Of a DNA stretch of 64,000 nt, positions 1-11,975 are shown piece after piece. Source of the DNA: Octopus sinensis (lineage: Eukaryota); the NCBI RefSeq assembly GCF_006345805.1, contig NC_043003.1:79608001-79672000 (forward strand), given 5' to 3'. The position numbers and the translations under genes were made by a program. Position 1 is the first letter of the stretch, and each line of letters opens with the position of its first letter. Below the pieces are notes generated by a model. It saw only the letters and a list, made by a program, of their open reading frames with translations. It was not told the origin of the DNA and made no database searches.

Positions 1-547
1 ATATCCAAATGAAAGCAATAGTTTCTAGGTAATAGCAAACTGGTGTTCTCGTTTTACGAAATGGGAACTTTTGGTATGGCCACAGAAGACAAACTTTACA
101 CCGAAGCTCTCGGCAGAGCTTCAAAGAATGCATAAACTTCCTCAGATTTGACTAAGATCGTAGTAAGACTACTCACCACGTCACATTTGTAATATGGTCG
201 TAATTCCCTCTTTATATATAGATTTCAAATATGAAATAGAAGCAACGCTTGTGTAACAAACATTATCGACCACATATATATAACGTATACACTTCGTACA
301 TTTGCGTTGTGGAGATTACTCCATGATACACTTTATTCAGGCCTTCGAATTGACAGAATATCCTTTTGACAATATATTCTTTTGGAATACGTTTGCATGT
401 ATAAAGAAGAGAAGCCAAATAGAAATCTAATACAAGTCTCCAGAATTACCAACTCTACGTTACTGTAGTAAAGATGATGGAACCTTTGTTGAATGATAGC
501 CACGCAAGTAGAGTGATGTGACATAACGTGACTGATATATAAATATA

Positions 548-939
548 CTAGCAGTATAGCTCGGCGTTGCTCGGGTTTGTTTCGACTCTTTAGAATTGAA
601 ATTTTTGAAAAGTAAAAATTTTGCATTATGTAGCTTGTTATTCACTGTAAGTGAACATTTTTCTTGTTGAAATACACCGAAGAATGGTGACACAGCAATA
701 AAAAAATCGTAAAAAACTAGGGATTTTCATAGAAAAAAAGCACCTTTTTGATGTAAATAATTTTTGATCTTAACATGGTCCGATTTGAATTTTTTCTCCT
801 ACAGAATGAAAAGCAAGCCTTCTTCTATCCATACTCTCAATTTTGGTCAACTTGCGCCGCAGGGTCTCGGAGGAGATAGTGTTAGTTGAAGGCTACCAAA
901 CCTGTCACACACAGACAACTTCAGCTTTATATACATAGA
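548..939 (-). mobile_element. Non-autonomous Helitron-like element, family A (Lep1/HINE-like)
   Basis: On the minus strand it starts A|TC(TATGTATATAAAG), has CTGT/GT repeats near the 5' end, and ends with a GC hairpin (CCCGAGCAACGCCGAGC) shortly before CTAG|T. The same termini occur at 22312-22670 and 61765-62400. Confidence 0.7.
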
Positions 940-974
940 TTTTCAAAATGTTACTGGTAACAATATTCAGAACA

Positions 975-1200
975 TTAGGAGCCTAACCAGCCGCCACCTG
1001 TTTGTGCCGGTCGTTGTCGCGACGTCAGGTGTTCTGGGACCCCCCACTACCGATTTCCTTCGCAAAATAGGGATAACAGCAGCCCTTGCGAAAAATGAGC
1101 TCTGCAAGGTGGAGTGGTAGCTGCAGCGATGTGTTGATGGCCATTCTCCGTGACAACACCATTGCAGTTATTATCGCGGGGCGCGGCTTAGCACTCCACT
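975..1200 (+). pseudogene. 3' fragment of a CRE-like (restriction-like endonuclease) non-LTR retrotransposon
   Basis: Manual translation gives RHLFVPVVVATSGVLGPPTTDFLRKIG, then after a stop/frameshift LMAILRDNTIAVI. This resembles the CRE C-terminal pattern F-x-P-x-x-x-E/T-x-x-G...LS-x-AIQRGN. A (TAAA)n run follows at ~1400-1423. Confidence 0.5.
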
Positions 1201-1800
1201 TGTTTTCAGATATGTGGCCCCTCCCCCACTTCTGGCTTCCGCTGCTTTCCCCCTTTTTTCTCTTTTCTTTTTTCTCGACTTTTCAAAGCATTTATTAATT
1301 ATCGACCATATATACATAACGTATACACGTCGTGTATTTGTGTTGTGGAGATTACTTCATGATAAACTGTGCACCTATTCAGGCCCCCAAGTTGTATCTA
1401 ATAAATAAATAAATAAATAAATAGAGTTCCCGATTATGACCGATTATGCCTTACTGCATTCAGTGATCAACAAAATAGAGAATTAAACGCTGGGATTTTC
1501 GAATCAACTATTCGTTTTTCATTTGCTAAATCAGTTAAAGGGGATAGTCCCTCTGACCTTCGTAGCCCCTCTTAAATCAGTGACATTGATGCCATTAATA
1601 CCATTAAAAAAAGAGAACACTTTGGATTTATATTTACTTGAATTAATATATACAAATGACTGTGTAGGTACTCTGATGTATGGATGCCCGTTCGGAACAG
1701 TCAGCAATGGTTATGTATAGATATTTGACGACCAGTCTTTTGTTTATTTACTAAAGAAACAAGTGAAATACGGTAAGTCCAGGTGGGTGTTTATAACACT

Positions 1801-2186
1801 GGATGGAAGCACTCCGTCGGTTACGACGACGAGGGTTCCGGTTGATCCAATCAACGGAACAGCCTGCTCGTGAAATTAACGTGTAAGTGGCTGAGCACTC
1901 CACAGACACGTGTACCCTTAACGTAGTTCTCAGGGATATTCAGCGTGACACAGAGAGTGACAAGGCCGACCCTTTGAAATACATGTACAACAGAAACAGG
2001 AAGTAAGAGTGAGAGAAAGTTGTGGTGAAAGAGTACAGCAGGGATTACCACAATCCCTGCATGAGCCTCGTGGAGCTTTAGGTGTTTTCGCTCAATAAAC
2101 ACTCACAACGCCCGGTCTGGGAATCGAAACCGCGATCCTACGACCGCGAGTCCGCTGCCCTAACCACTGGGCCATTGCGCCTCCAC
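1801..2186 (-). mobile_element. tRNA-derived SINE, family C
   Basis: tRNA-like head GTGGAGGCGCAATGGCCCAGTGGTTAGG...GGTTTCGATTCC (A/B boxes) on the minus strand. TSD TTATAACACT at 1791-1800 and 2187-2196. Homologous copies at 17702 and 28708. Confidence 0.85.
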
Positions 2187-2604
2187 TTATAACACTACAG
2201 AGTGAATAGTAGAGTACCTGACCTTTCGACTTATGGGATTTACTTACATTCCTGTATATTCTGAGTTCAATTCCGGTCTGGTTCAATTATCTTTATCATC
2301 TTCCGTGGGGTATATGAAATAAGTGCTAGTCATGTACTAGTGTCGACTTAATAGACTGTATCCATTATTAAAAATGTGTGGTTTGCGGTGCATCTTTCGT
2401 CGGTGTTTTATTCTGTAAATATTCAATTGTTCGACCAACTAAATTTTTATAAGTGAAATTAACGTTAGCGGTCGAGTACCCAACTGACACTTGTACTCAG
2501 CTCATAACTTCTCAGATTGACTCACTGTGTTATGATACGTAACAAGGATGGGCCTTACATTTTTAGACGCGAAGACAGTGAAAGAGAGCGAGACAGATAA
2601 ATAC

Positions 2605-2617
2605 ATACATACATACA

Positions 2618-2660
<43 letters not shown>

Positions 2661-2661
2661 G

Positions 2662-2733
<72 letters not shown>
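2605..2733. repeat. (AT)n microsatellite
   Basis: Direct inspection. Confidence 0.95.
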
Positions 2734-2737
<4 letters not shown>

Positions 2738-3479
2738 GAAATATTAAAATTACTAAGTCTCTCTAAAAGATAACAGCGGCAGCGTCCCGGAAAATAATAG
2801 TTATCGCCATACTAATATGGCATTCTTATAAAAATAAGAATAAAGCTGTCCGCTTATTAGCTCCATGAAGCCATCGCCTTAAGTTAGCTATTTGATACAC
2901 AAACTGTATCCATATAACCTTCGAACAAGGGAGGTCAGTCGCTCCACACTACTTGACCGGCAGCTACAGACGCGTTCGGGGTATTGCCCCTTTTCAATGC
3001 AGCGTAGCCAGCCAGTAGGTGTCGCTTCCGACAATCTCTGTTCGATGGTTTTATTTACCTAGTTTCGGTGGAATACATCCACTTGTTTTCAATAATAGAA
3101 ATATTAAAATTACTAAGTCTCTCTAAAAGAGAACAGCGGCAGCGTTCCCGGAAAATAATAGTTATCGCCATACTAATATGGCATTCTTATAAAAATAAGA
3201 ATAAAGCTGTAAACTAGGTAAATAAAACCATCGAACAGAGATTGTCGGAAGCGACACCTACTGGCTGGCTACGCTGCATTGAAAAGGGGCAATACCCCGA
3301 AACGCGTCTGTAGCTGCCGGTCAAGTAGTGTGGAGCGACTGACCTCCCTTGTTCGAAGGTTATATGGATACAGTTTGTGTATCAAATAGCTAACTTAAGG
3401 CGATGGCCTCATGGAGCTAATAAGCGGACAGCTTTATTCTTATTTTTATAAGAATGCCATATTAGTATGGCGATACTAT

Positions 3480-3480
<1 letters not shown>
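2734..3480. mobile_element. Penelope-like pseudo-LTR fragments in direct plus inverted arrangement
   Basis: 2734-2850 is repeated directly at ~3094-3210, and ~2790-3065 is inverted at 3211-3480. The segment carries a minimal hammerhead. Inverted pLTR appendages are typical of PLE insertions. Confidence 0.7.
3273..3314 (+). ncRNA. Minimal type-I hammerhead ribozyme, U3-A8 core variant
   Basis: GCUGCA-UUGAAAA-GGGG(CAAUA)CCCC-GAAA-CGCG-UC-UGUAGC: 6-bp helix I, 4-bp helix II, palindromic helix III. The mirror copy at 2963-3003 (-) lacks one A of GAAA. Confidence 0.65.
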
Positions 3481-3542
<62 letters not shown>

Positions 3543-3785
3543 CAGGGAGAGAGAAAGAGAGAGAGAGGGAGATAAGAAGAGAGATAAAGGAAGAGAGAGA
3601 GAGGGCAAGAGTGGGGTAAATATTCTCCTATTACTGGATGAAAGGCAAAGTCGACTTCGATGAGATTTGAACTAGGGGTGCAGAGAGCCAGAAAAACTGC
3701 CACGAGGTATTCCATCTGATGCTCTTAAGATTCTGCCAATACATCACATTTCGTCCTTATGATTATGCTGGAAATATACATTGAG

Positions 3786-3868
<83 letters not shown>

Positions 3869-3900
3869 AAGAGAGTGAGAGCAGGAGAGAGAGAGCGCGA
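3481..3900. repeat. (AT)n, (GA)n and (GATA)n microsatellites flanking a degenerate tail-A SINE fragment (~3620-3740, minus)
   Basis: Direct inspection; GATGAAAGGCAAAGTCGAC SINE core at ~3637. Confidence 0.8.
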
Positions 3901-4447
3901 GGAGAATGTTATACTTGGTTGAGTCGATAGGGTGACTGTTTAGGGTTTGTGAGATCAATGTTTCGTATTCTCCCACAGGCACTACATCGTGTGAATGACC
4001 AATACACTAAACATTCAATGAACCGATGAGGTAGTCGCTAAAAATAGTAGCCAAATATCCCACATACCAGAGGCTACGATTCTAAAAAAAAAAAACAACA
4101 TAATGACGCACGAGGAAATGTAATCTGAGATACACTATGTCAGTATAAATTGTGAAATAATCTCTCCTGTGATAGTCTTAGAAAGAGAATACCACTGACC
4201 CTCGATATGAAGGCCGAGTTAAGGCTAAGCCACACAGCAATAATAGCTTGTTTTCAAAAGACGAGCCCCACTGTAGCTCTAAGTACCTTTCTCTGGAAAC
4301 CTTGATAATTCATTGCTGCCATCAGTGGAAAAGCTCAAGAGAATAAACGAGTGTTTTCTTGATTTGCTGTGTTGATTTCGATTTCTCTATAGAGAATCAG
4401 CATGATCAGATTTACACTATTTTGATGGTTTTCAGAAAGAATGGGTT

Positions 4448-4524
4448 TTGTCATATATGTACATATATATATACATAATATGTATATGTATATATATATA
4501 TAATATATATATATATATATACAC

Positions 4525-4597
<73 letters not shown>

Positions 4598-4602
4598 TAT
4601 AT

Positions 4603-4634
<32 letters not shown>

Positions 4635-4680
4635 CATACATACATATATACATACATACATATTTACATATGTATATTAT
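4448..4680. repeat. (AT)n/(ACAT)n microsatellite
   Basis: Direct inspection; explains ORFs 4335-4786. Confidence 0.95.
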
Positions 4681-4682
4681 AT

Positions 4683-4908
4683 TATTTCTTTATTGCCCAC
4701 AAGGGGCTAAACATAGAGAGGACAAACAAGGGCAGACAAAGGGATTAAGTCGATTAGATCGACCCCAGTGCGTAACTGTTATTTAATTTATCGACCCCGA
4801 AAGGATGAAAGTCTAAGTCGACCTCGGCGGAATTTGAACTCAGAACGTAGCGGCAGACGAAATCACACTAAGCGTTTCGCCCGGCGTGCCAACGCTTCTG
4901 CCAGCTCG
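4683..4908 (-). mobile_element. SINE family A, tail-B subtype
   Basis: Minus strand reads GAGCTGGCAGAAGCGTTGGCACG...GCCGAGGTCGACTTAGACTTTCATCCTTTCGGGGTCGATAAATT...CCCCTTGTGGGCAATAAAGAAAT. Confidence 0.85.
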
Positions 4909-5294
4909 TAATGCATGCATAAATATATAATACATGCAATCATAAAATCACCATCCATCCATCCATCCATCCATCCATCCATGCATACATACATACATAC
5001 ATACATGCATACATGGATAACATGCTATCAGCAACAGACGTGTTGGCGCAGAGAATGCTCTAAAATATATTTTCAAACGTTTCTCCCTCTAACTAAGCTA
5101 GCCTAAAGAAACCTAGATCAGTACATGTTTATTTTCCCCACTTCTTTTTACAAATAAGTGAAATACCTTTTATTCACCAACTTTGCGTCAGATTAAAGAT
5201 ATTTTCAATTACAAGGAATTTCGTTTACACAGTCACAGCCGATATTGATTCAACATCAACAAATCGCACATCAGTGTTTCTGCCACACCCCAGT

Positions 5295-5515
5295 AAGGTG
5301 ACGAGCTAGCAGAATTGTTGTCGCATCTGGAAAAAGGAGTAGCGGCATTTCGTCCGTCTGTACGCTCTGAGTTCAAATTCCGCTGAGGTCGACTTTGTCC
5401 TTCGTCCTTTCGGGGTCTATAAAATAAGTACCAGTTGAACACTGTGATCGATGTAATGAACTTACTTCCTCCCTCGAAATTGCTGGCCTTGAGCCGAAAT
5501 TTGAAACCAATATTT
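5295..5515 (+). mobile_element. SINE family A, tail-A subtype (older)
   Basis: Same head and central domain, ending CTCGAAATTGCTGGCCTTGAGCCGAAATTTGAAACC. Confidence 0.8.
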
Positions 5516-6059
5516 CTCCCATACCAATGAGAAATGTTAGAAAACATATCCTTATTTCAGTAGGTGTTTGTAATTAAATCCGAGTGTTTTTTCATGATAT
5601 AGAGAAAGTTTAAGAAGATCCCGCTACCGGCTAGATGAGGCGGTTAATAATTCCTGGACAAATCCTGCTCAACTTAAGTCTTATTAGAGCTAAACAACTG
5701 CGACAACAGGCATCCTTCTATGGCTGAAAACTGGTTCTCACAGATAGCAATCAATATTCTGATTCCTGTAATGCTTGTCATCTTTCCGACAGTATTCAAA
5801 ACAGTCAAAACAGCCAGTGGCCGTCCGTGGATGTAAATAAACTGATATCAATAACATCATCACACAATTCTCTCAGATCGGTATCTATGTACACAAATCT
5901 GATAAAAACGACAGTAGAATATATGCCACTGAAAAAGACATCTTACAACCACAGTTTGAAAACAATTTTTCTAGTTTTTTTTTAAAGATTAAATACCAGA
6001 TCCTTCTTGACAAAAGTCGGAGAAAGATCAGCCCTTCTTTTGTCAAATGTCATTCATGA

Positions 6060-6800
6060 TACCACTGGAGATAAAAAATGCAAAAGCACTTATGGAATGT
6101 CATTACCTGCCTGTATTCGGCTGCAGTTATTCTGAAGGAACACCTGGGAGATATTTACAAAGCATGCGGCAATGAAACAACTCATCATAAGCAATCCAGG
6201 TGGGTAATGACTCTCGAAGGAAACATATCGAATTTGCGCTGTAGATTAGGGCAGTTAAATGCCATTATAAAGTGTATAGTGAGCGGTTAGACCACAGCAC
6301 ATCGACAGTACCTTATAAGGAAATTAACAAAAGTATTCAGAGATTCTACTTTAAATCGTGAAGGGAAATTAATACTACTGGAACATGAAGTCCAAGATGC
6401 AGAGCGAAAACTTTGCTTGCAGAAAGAAATGTTACTATGAACCAATTTAAACCACAAATTTGCTTCTATACCACAAGCTGTATACAGGGGTATGAACGAA
6501 AATATACCATAACAGAAAGGACTTCTTCCTGGGAAGATATAATATCATTTTTGTTCAAGAACTGGAACGAAGGTAATGATTTTAATCGGAATGCAACATG
6601 GTTAACCACAATAGATAAAGAATATTTTATCAATATCAACAATAAAATCTTAAAATTGACATTGAAATTTCCACCAATCCTGTGAGAAACCTACACAACA
6701 GGAAAACACAAGGAAGAGACCTCATAATTAGCCACTTGTACAAGATGTTGACATTTTATAGAAAGCCATTGAAACAAAAATAGACATCCTGCGCGTCACA
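6060..6800 (+). pseudogene. R4/Dong-clade LINE ORF fragment (pre-RT region)
   Basis: Peptides WVMTLEGNISNLRCRLGQLNA and SSWEDIISFLFKNWNEGNDFNRNATWLTTI, plus a decayed NWK-x-PG-x-D-like segment; multiple stops. Confidence 0.6.
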
Positions 6801-6971
6801 GCCACAGGATTTTGCGGTTACGGAAATTGTAAAAGTATGAGTATTAATTTATAATTTCGTTCACAAAAACTCGGGTTAATTTTAACAATTTTAAACTACA
6901 CTTTCTTCTTAGCGAAAATACTGCTTCTCGGCGTTGTAGCTAAATTAAGAATTTGAAAACTATAATCATCA

Positions 6972-7260
6972 TGCATACATACATACATACATACATACAT
7001 ACATACATACATACATACATACATACATACATACCAACCACATCTACATGCATAACAATGCATGTATGTATGCATGTATGTATGTATGTATGTATGTATG
7101 CATGTATGTATGTATGTATGTATGCATGTATGTATGTATGTATGTATGTATGTATGTATGTATGTATGTATGTATGTATGTATGTGTGTATGTGTGTATG
7201 TATGTATGTATTTACCTACCTACCTACCTATCTGTCTGTCTGTCTATCTATCTATCTATC

Positions 7261-7335
<75 letters not shown>
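6972..7335. repeat. Compound (ACAT)n/(ATGT)n/(TATC)n microsatellite
   Basis: Direct inspection. Confidence 0.95.
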
Positions 7336-7339
7336 CGTC

Positions 7340-8461
7340 TCCATGACAGAACTGCAGTCGTGGATAAAAAAGAGGCTGAGGAAGGGCGAATGGCACCGCG
7401 AGTGTCGTGTTGCGCTCAAGCAACTATGCCGTCCCGGGTCGACCTTGAGTGACTTCAACACAACCCAAGCATTCTATAGGGGATTAGTGAAGGGGAGGTA
7501 CGACGACGATCTTGGGGCGAACCTGGGAGTCGACGAAGAATACCTGACCCGCCTGTTTGAGACGACTTTCGGGCCGGGACTTATGGACTTCCATGATCCC
7601 TGGCCTGGCAGTGCTACCAAGAAGCGCTACCCGTTCGGGATAAGCTCTATAAGCATGGCTCGAGAAACACGGGGCCGACCTGTCCGAGATGCGGGCAGAG
7701 CGACGAGACCGTTCTGCACACAATCGTGCGGTGTCCAACAATCTCCGACCTGTGGGCTTATGTCGAACGACTGCTGTCGTGTGTGGGACGTGTCGGTTTA
7801 TCAGCCGAGTCTATCGTTAATATCGTCACGCCTCTTTCCTTGAAACAGGAAGGAAAAGCTATTTTTATCATACTTGTGGTTATGGCGAAAGAATGTATCT
7901 GGTGGACGCGCCTGAAAGGATTAGAGACAAACACTTATGTCTCTGGTCAATCTCTCATCAACTTCTTCAAGTATCACTTGAAGAGGAAAGTGAGAGAAGA
8001 GAGGCAAGTTTTGTCTAGTGAATGTTTTAAAAAAAGATGGGTGAATGTAGCAAGGATGGCACGTATGAATGACGAAGCCACATACATACATACATGACTA
8101 TGATCCTATGAACCGTAAAAATTAATACAGAGAATTACTTATATGTAAAAAAAAATATATAACATGTGACTTCATTGACCGAGGTTACCGTGGTCTTTTC
8201 GTAGGTTTTTCTTTCCACGGGTAAACCTCACCTGTCCTCCCCTTTACACTCTATATTGACATTTCTGTGATAACGATCCCTATTGATCGATTTTTTTCTT
8301 TTTGCTTTTATTTTTATCCCCCCTTTTTTCTTTCCTCTTTCTTTCCTTTTACGATCTCTTTTGATCGAAAACCAAACCCGCTTTTTTTTATCCCCCAAAA
8401 GAAAGGCTCTACCTTGTAATTTGTCCCATCTGTGTGCAGCCCTGTGTGGCTAATAAAGAAA
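7340..8461 (+). mobile_element. 5'-truncated Tx1/L1-clade LINE: ORF2 C-terminus plus 3' UTR
   Basis: With one frameshift: SLAWQCYQEALPVRDKLYKHGSRNTGPTCPRCGQSDETVLHTIVRCPTISDLWAYV...KECIWWTR (C-x2-C...H-x4-C zf-RVT-type knuckle). Pyrimidine-rich 3' UTR ends TAATAAAGAAA. (TATC)n on both sides. Confidence 0.85.
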
Positions 8462-8462
8462 C

Positions 8463-8808
<346 letters not shown>

Positions 8809-9331
8809 AGTCTTCACCGATACCACTACTTCTCATTAACACCGACACAACCCAATCAACATCAAAGCAATTAGAACCAGCAACTCCTTAATGACCACCA
8901 CCAACACCACCACCATCACCACCACCACTGCCACCATCACCGCCGCCGCCGCTAACAACAATAACAACAAAAAACAAAACAAAAAAAGCAAAAAGCAGAA
9001 CAAAGAAAAACAGCAAGATAAGCAAACTCCATTTAAAATGAAAGACAATAGGATAAGATAATATGGTACCCTGGTGATCTTTAAAAATTCAATGAAATGT
9101 TTTTTCATCTTTGGACAACGAGGATTGACTTGAGACCAAACTGTAACAACAATACAATTAACAAGAACAATATGGCCACCGCTCACGCCGATAATACTCC
9201 CCCACCATCATCGTCACCATCAAAAACACCAAAACCAATACGATCAACACCACCACCACCACCACCACCAACCCATGAAATTTTAAATATCTAATTGGTA
9301 ACAGCAATATTATTATTATCAGCATAATAGG

Positions 9332-11197
9332 AGGCGGCGAGCTGGCAGAAACGTTAGCACGCCGGGCAAAATGCTTACCGGTATTTCGTCTGCCGCTACG
9401 TTCTGAGTTCAAATTCCGCCGAGGTCGACTTTGCCTTTCATACTTTCGGGGTCGATAAATTAAGTACCAGTTACGCACTGGGCTCGGTGTAATCGACTTA
9501 ATCCGTTTGTCTGTCCTTGTTTGTCCTCTCTGTGTTTAACCCCTTGTAGGTAGTAAAGAAATAGGTATTTCGTCTGCCGTTACGTTCTGAGTTCAAATTC
9601 CGCCGAGGTCGACTTTGCCTTTCATCCTTTCGGGCTCGATAAATTAAGTACTAGTTACGCACTGGGATCGATATAATCGACTTAACCCGTTTGTCTGTCC
9701 TTGTTTGTCCTCTCTGTGTTTAGCCCCTTGTAGGTAGTAAAGAAATAGGTATTTCGTCTGCCGTTACGTTCTGAGTTCAAATTCCGCCGAGGTCGACTTT
9801 GCCTTTCATACTTTCGGGGTCGATAAATTAAGTACCAGTTACGCACTGGGATCGATATAATCGACTTAACCCGTTTGTCTGTCCTTGTTTGTCCTCTCTG
9901 TGTTTAGCCCCTTGTGGGGAGTAAAGAAATAGGTATTTCGTCTGCCGTTACGTTCTGAGTTCAAATTCCGCCGAGGTCGACTTTGCTTTCATACTTTCGG
10001 GCTCGATAAATTAAGTACTAGTTACGCACTGGGATCGATATAATCGACTTAACCCGTTTGTCTGTCCTTGTTTGTCCTCTCTGTGTTTAGCCCCTTGTGG
10101 GGAGTAAAGAAATAGGTATTTTGTCTGTCTTTACGTGAGTGAAAATTCCGCCAGGTCGACTTTAACCTTTCATCCTTTCGGGGTCGATTAAATAAGTGCC
10201 ACTACACACTGGGGTCGATGTAATCGACTTAATCCATTTGTCTTGTCCTTGTTTGTCCCCTCTGTGTGTAGCCCCTTGTGGGGAGTAAAGAAATAGGTAT
10301 TTTGTCTGTCTTACGTGAGTTCAAAATTCCGCCAAGGTCGACTTTACCTTTCATCCTTTCGGGGTCGATTAAATAAGTGCCAGCTACACACTGGGGTCGA
10401 TGTAATCGACTTAATCCATTTGTCTGTCCTTGTTTGTCCCCTCTGTGTGTAGCCCCTTGTGGGGAGTAAAGAAATAGGTATTTTGTCTGTCTTTACGTGA
10501 GTTCAAAATTCCGCCAAGGTCGACTTTACCTTTCATCCTTTCGGGGTCGATTAAATAAGTACCAGCTACACACTGGGGTCGATGTAATCGACTTAATCCA
10601 TTTGTCTGTCCTTGTTTGTCCCCTCTGTGTGTAGCCCCTTGTGGGGAGTAAAGAAATAGGTATTTTGTCTGTCTTTACGTGAGTTCAAAATTCCGCCAAG
10701 GTCGACTTTACCTTTCATCCTTTCGGGGTCGATTAAATAAGTGCCAGCTACACACTGGGGTCGATGTAATCGATTAATCCATTTGTCTGTCCTTGTTTGT
10801 CCCCTCTGTGTGTAGCCCCTTGTGGGGAGTAAAGAAATAGGTATTTTGTCTGTCTTTACGTGAGTTCAATTCCGCCAAGGTCGACTTTACCTTTCATCTT
10901 TCGGGGTCGATTAAATAAGTGCCAGATACACACTGGGGTCGATGTAATCGACTTAATCCTTTGTCTGTCCTTGTTTGTCCCCTCTGTGTGTAGCCCCTTG
11001 TGGGGAGTAAAGAAATAGGTATTTTGTCTGTCTTTACGTGAGTTCAAAATTCCGCCAAGGGTACTTACCTTTCATCCTTTCGGGGTCGATTAAATAAGTG
11101 CCAGCTACACACTGGGGTCGATGTAATCGACTTAATCCATTTGTCTGTCCTTGTTTGTCCCCTCTGTGTGTAGCCCCTTGTGGGCTGTAAAGAAATA
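9332..11197 (+). repeat. Head-to-tail array: one SINE-A head followed by 10 tail-B units of ~180-185 bp
   Basis: Junction AAAGAAATA|GGTATTT at 9564, 9748, 9932, 10115, 10296, 10477, 10659, 10840 and 11018. Confidence 0.9.
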
Positions 11198-11395
11198 AGA
11201 AACGTTAACACACCGGGCGATATGCTTAGCGGCAAATCGTCCGTCTTTACGTTCTGATTTCAAATTCCACCAACGCCGGATTTGCTTTTCATCCTTTCGG
11301 TGTGGATAGTATTACCAACTGAGTGCAGGTGTCTATGTAATCGATTCATCGCCTCTCCCAAAATTGCTGGCTTTGTGTCAATATTTGAAATCAAT
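11198..11395 (+). mobile_element. SINE family A tail-A copy lacking its first ~18 nt, fused to the array
   Basis: AGAAACGTTAACACACCGGGCG...CCCAAAATTGCTGGCTTTGTGTCAATATTTGAAA. Confidence 0.75.
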
Positions 11396-11692
11396 ATTAT
11401 CAGTATAACAGCAATCTTTGCAGTTACATATACGTGTGCGTGTAGAGTTTTCATAGCTTAAGTCAGAGGTACAAGGGAGCGATGTACCCATGCACATAGT
11501 AATCCTTCAATTAGGTGTAATCATGCAAAACTTTCTCCCACCTCACTTTTCCATTTCCATGCTTACATCCTTAGTAATAAGGTGACGTTTCTTTAGCTCT
11601 CACAAAACATTTCTTTCTTGATGCTAGTTTGAAATGCATAATTGTGGATACTTGCTGACCGCCACTGTTTTCAGAGTTGCCTACGATTCAAG

Positions 11693-11790
11693 ATGTCGGG
11701 AAAGAAGCCATCAAATGTAACTGAGAGCAGAGGTGCAAAAAGGAATTGTAAAAGGGGTTACACTGAATATTAAACTTCATGAAGGCGACA
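11693..11790 (+). pseudogene. Possible Tigger/pogo transposase N-terminus
   Basis: MSGKKPSNVTESRGAKRNCKR..VTLNIKL resembles Tigger CENP-B-type N-termini; may belong with 14520-15165. Confidence 0.35.
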
Positions 11791-11975
11791 AGCTGGTAGA
11801 ATTGTTGGCACGGAGGGCAAAAAGGCTTAGCTGTATTTCGTCCGTTTTGTACGTTCTGAGTTGAAATTCCACTGAAGTCGACTTTGCCTTTCCTTGTTTC
11901 GGAGCCGATAAAATAAGTACAAGTTGCACACTGGGGTCGATGTAATTAACTTATCCACTCACTCGAAATAATCGG
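11790..11975 (+). mobile_element. Degenerate SINE family A (tail-A)
   Basis: CGTTCTGAGTTGAAATTCCACTGAAGTCGACTTTGCCTTT...CACTGGGGTCGATG. Confidence 0.7.

Noticed and set aside
6953-7340. N-terminal part of the 296-aa ORF and other long ORFs rich in IY/MYVC/LSIY/SL/HT
   Set aside because: These are translations of microsatellites; only 7340 onward is LINE-derived.
9380-11197. Regular ~182-bp array as a CRISPR or functional RNA cluster
   Set aside because: There are no unique spacers; each unit is the body of a dispersed SINE found singly elsewhere in the window.
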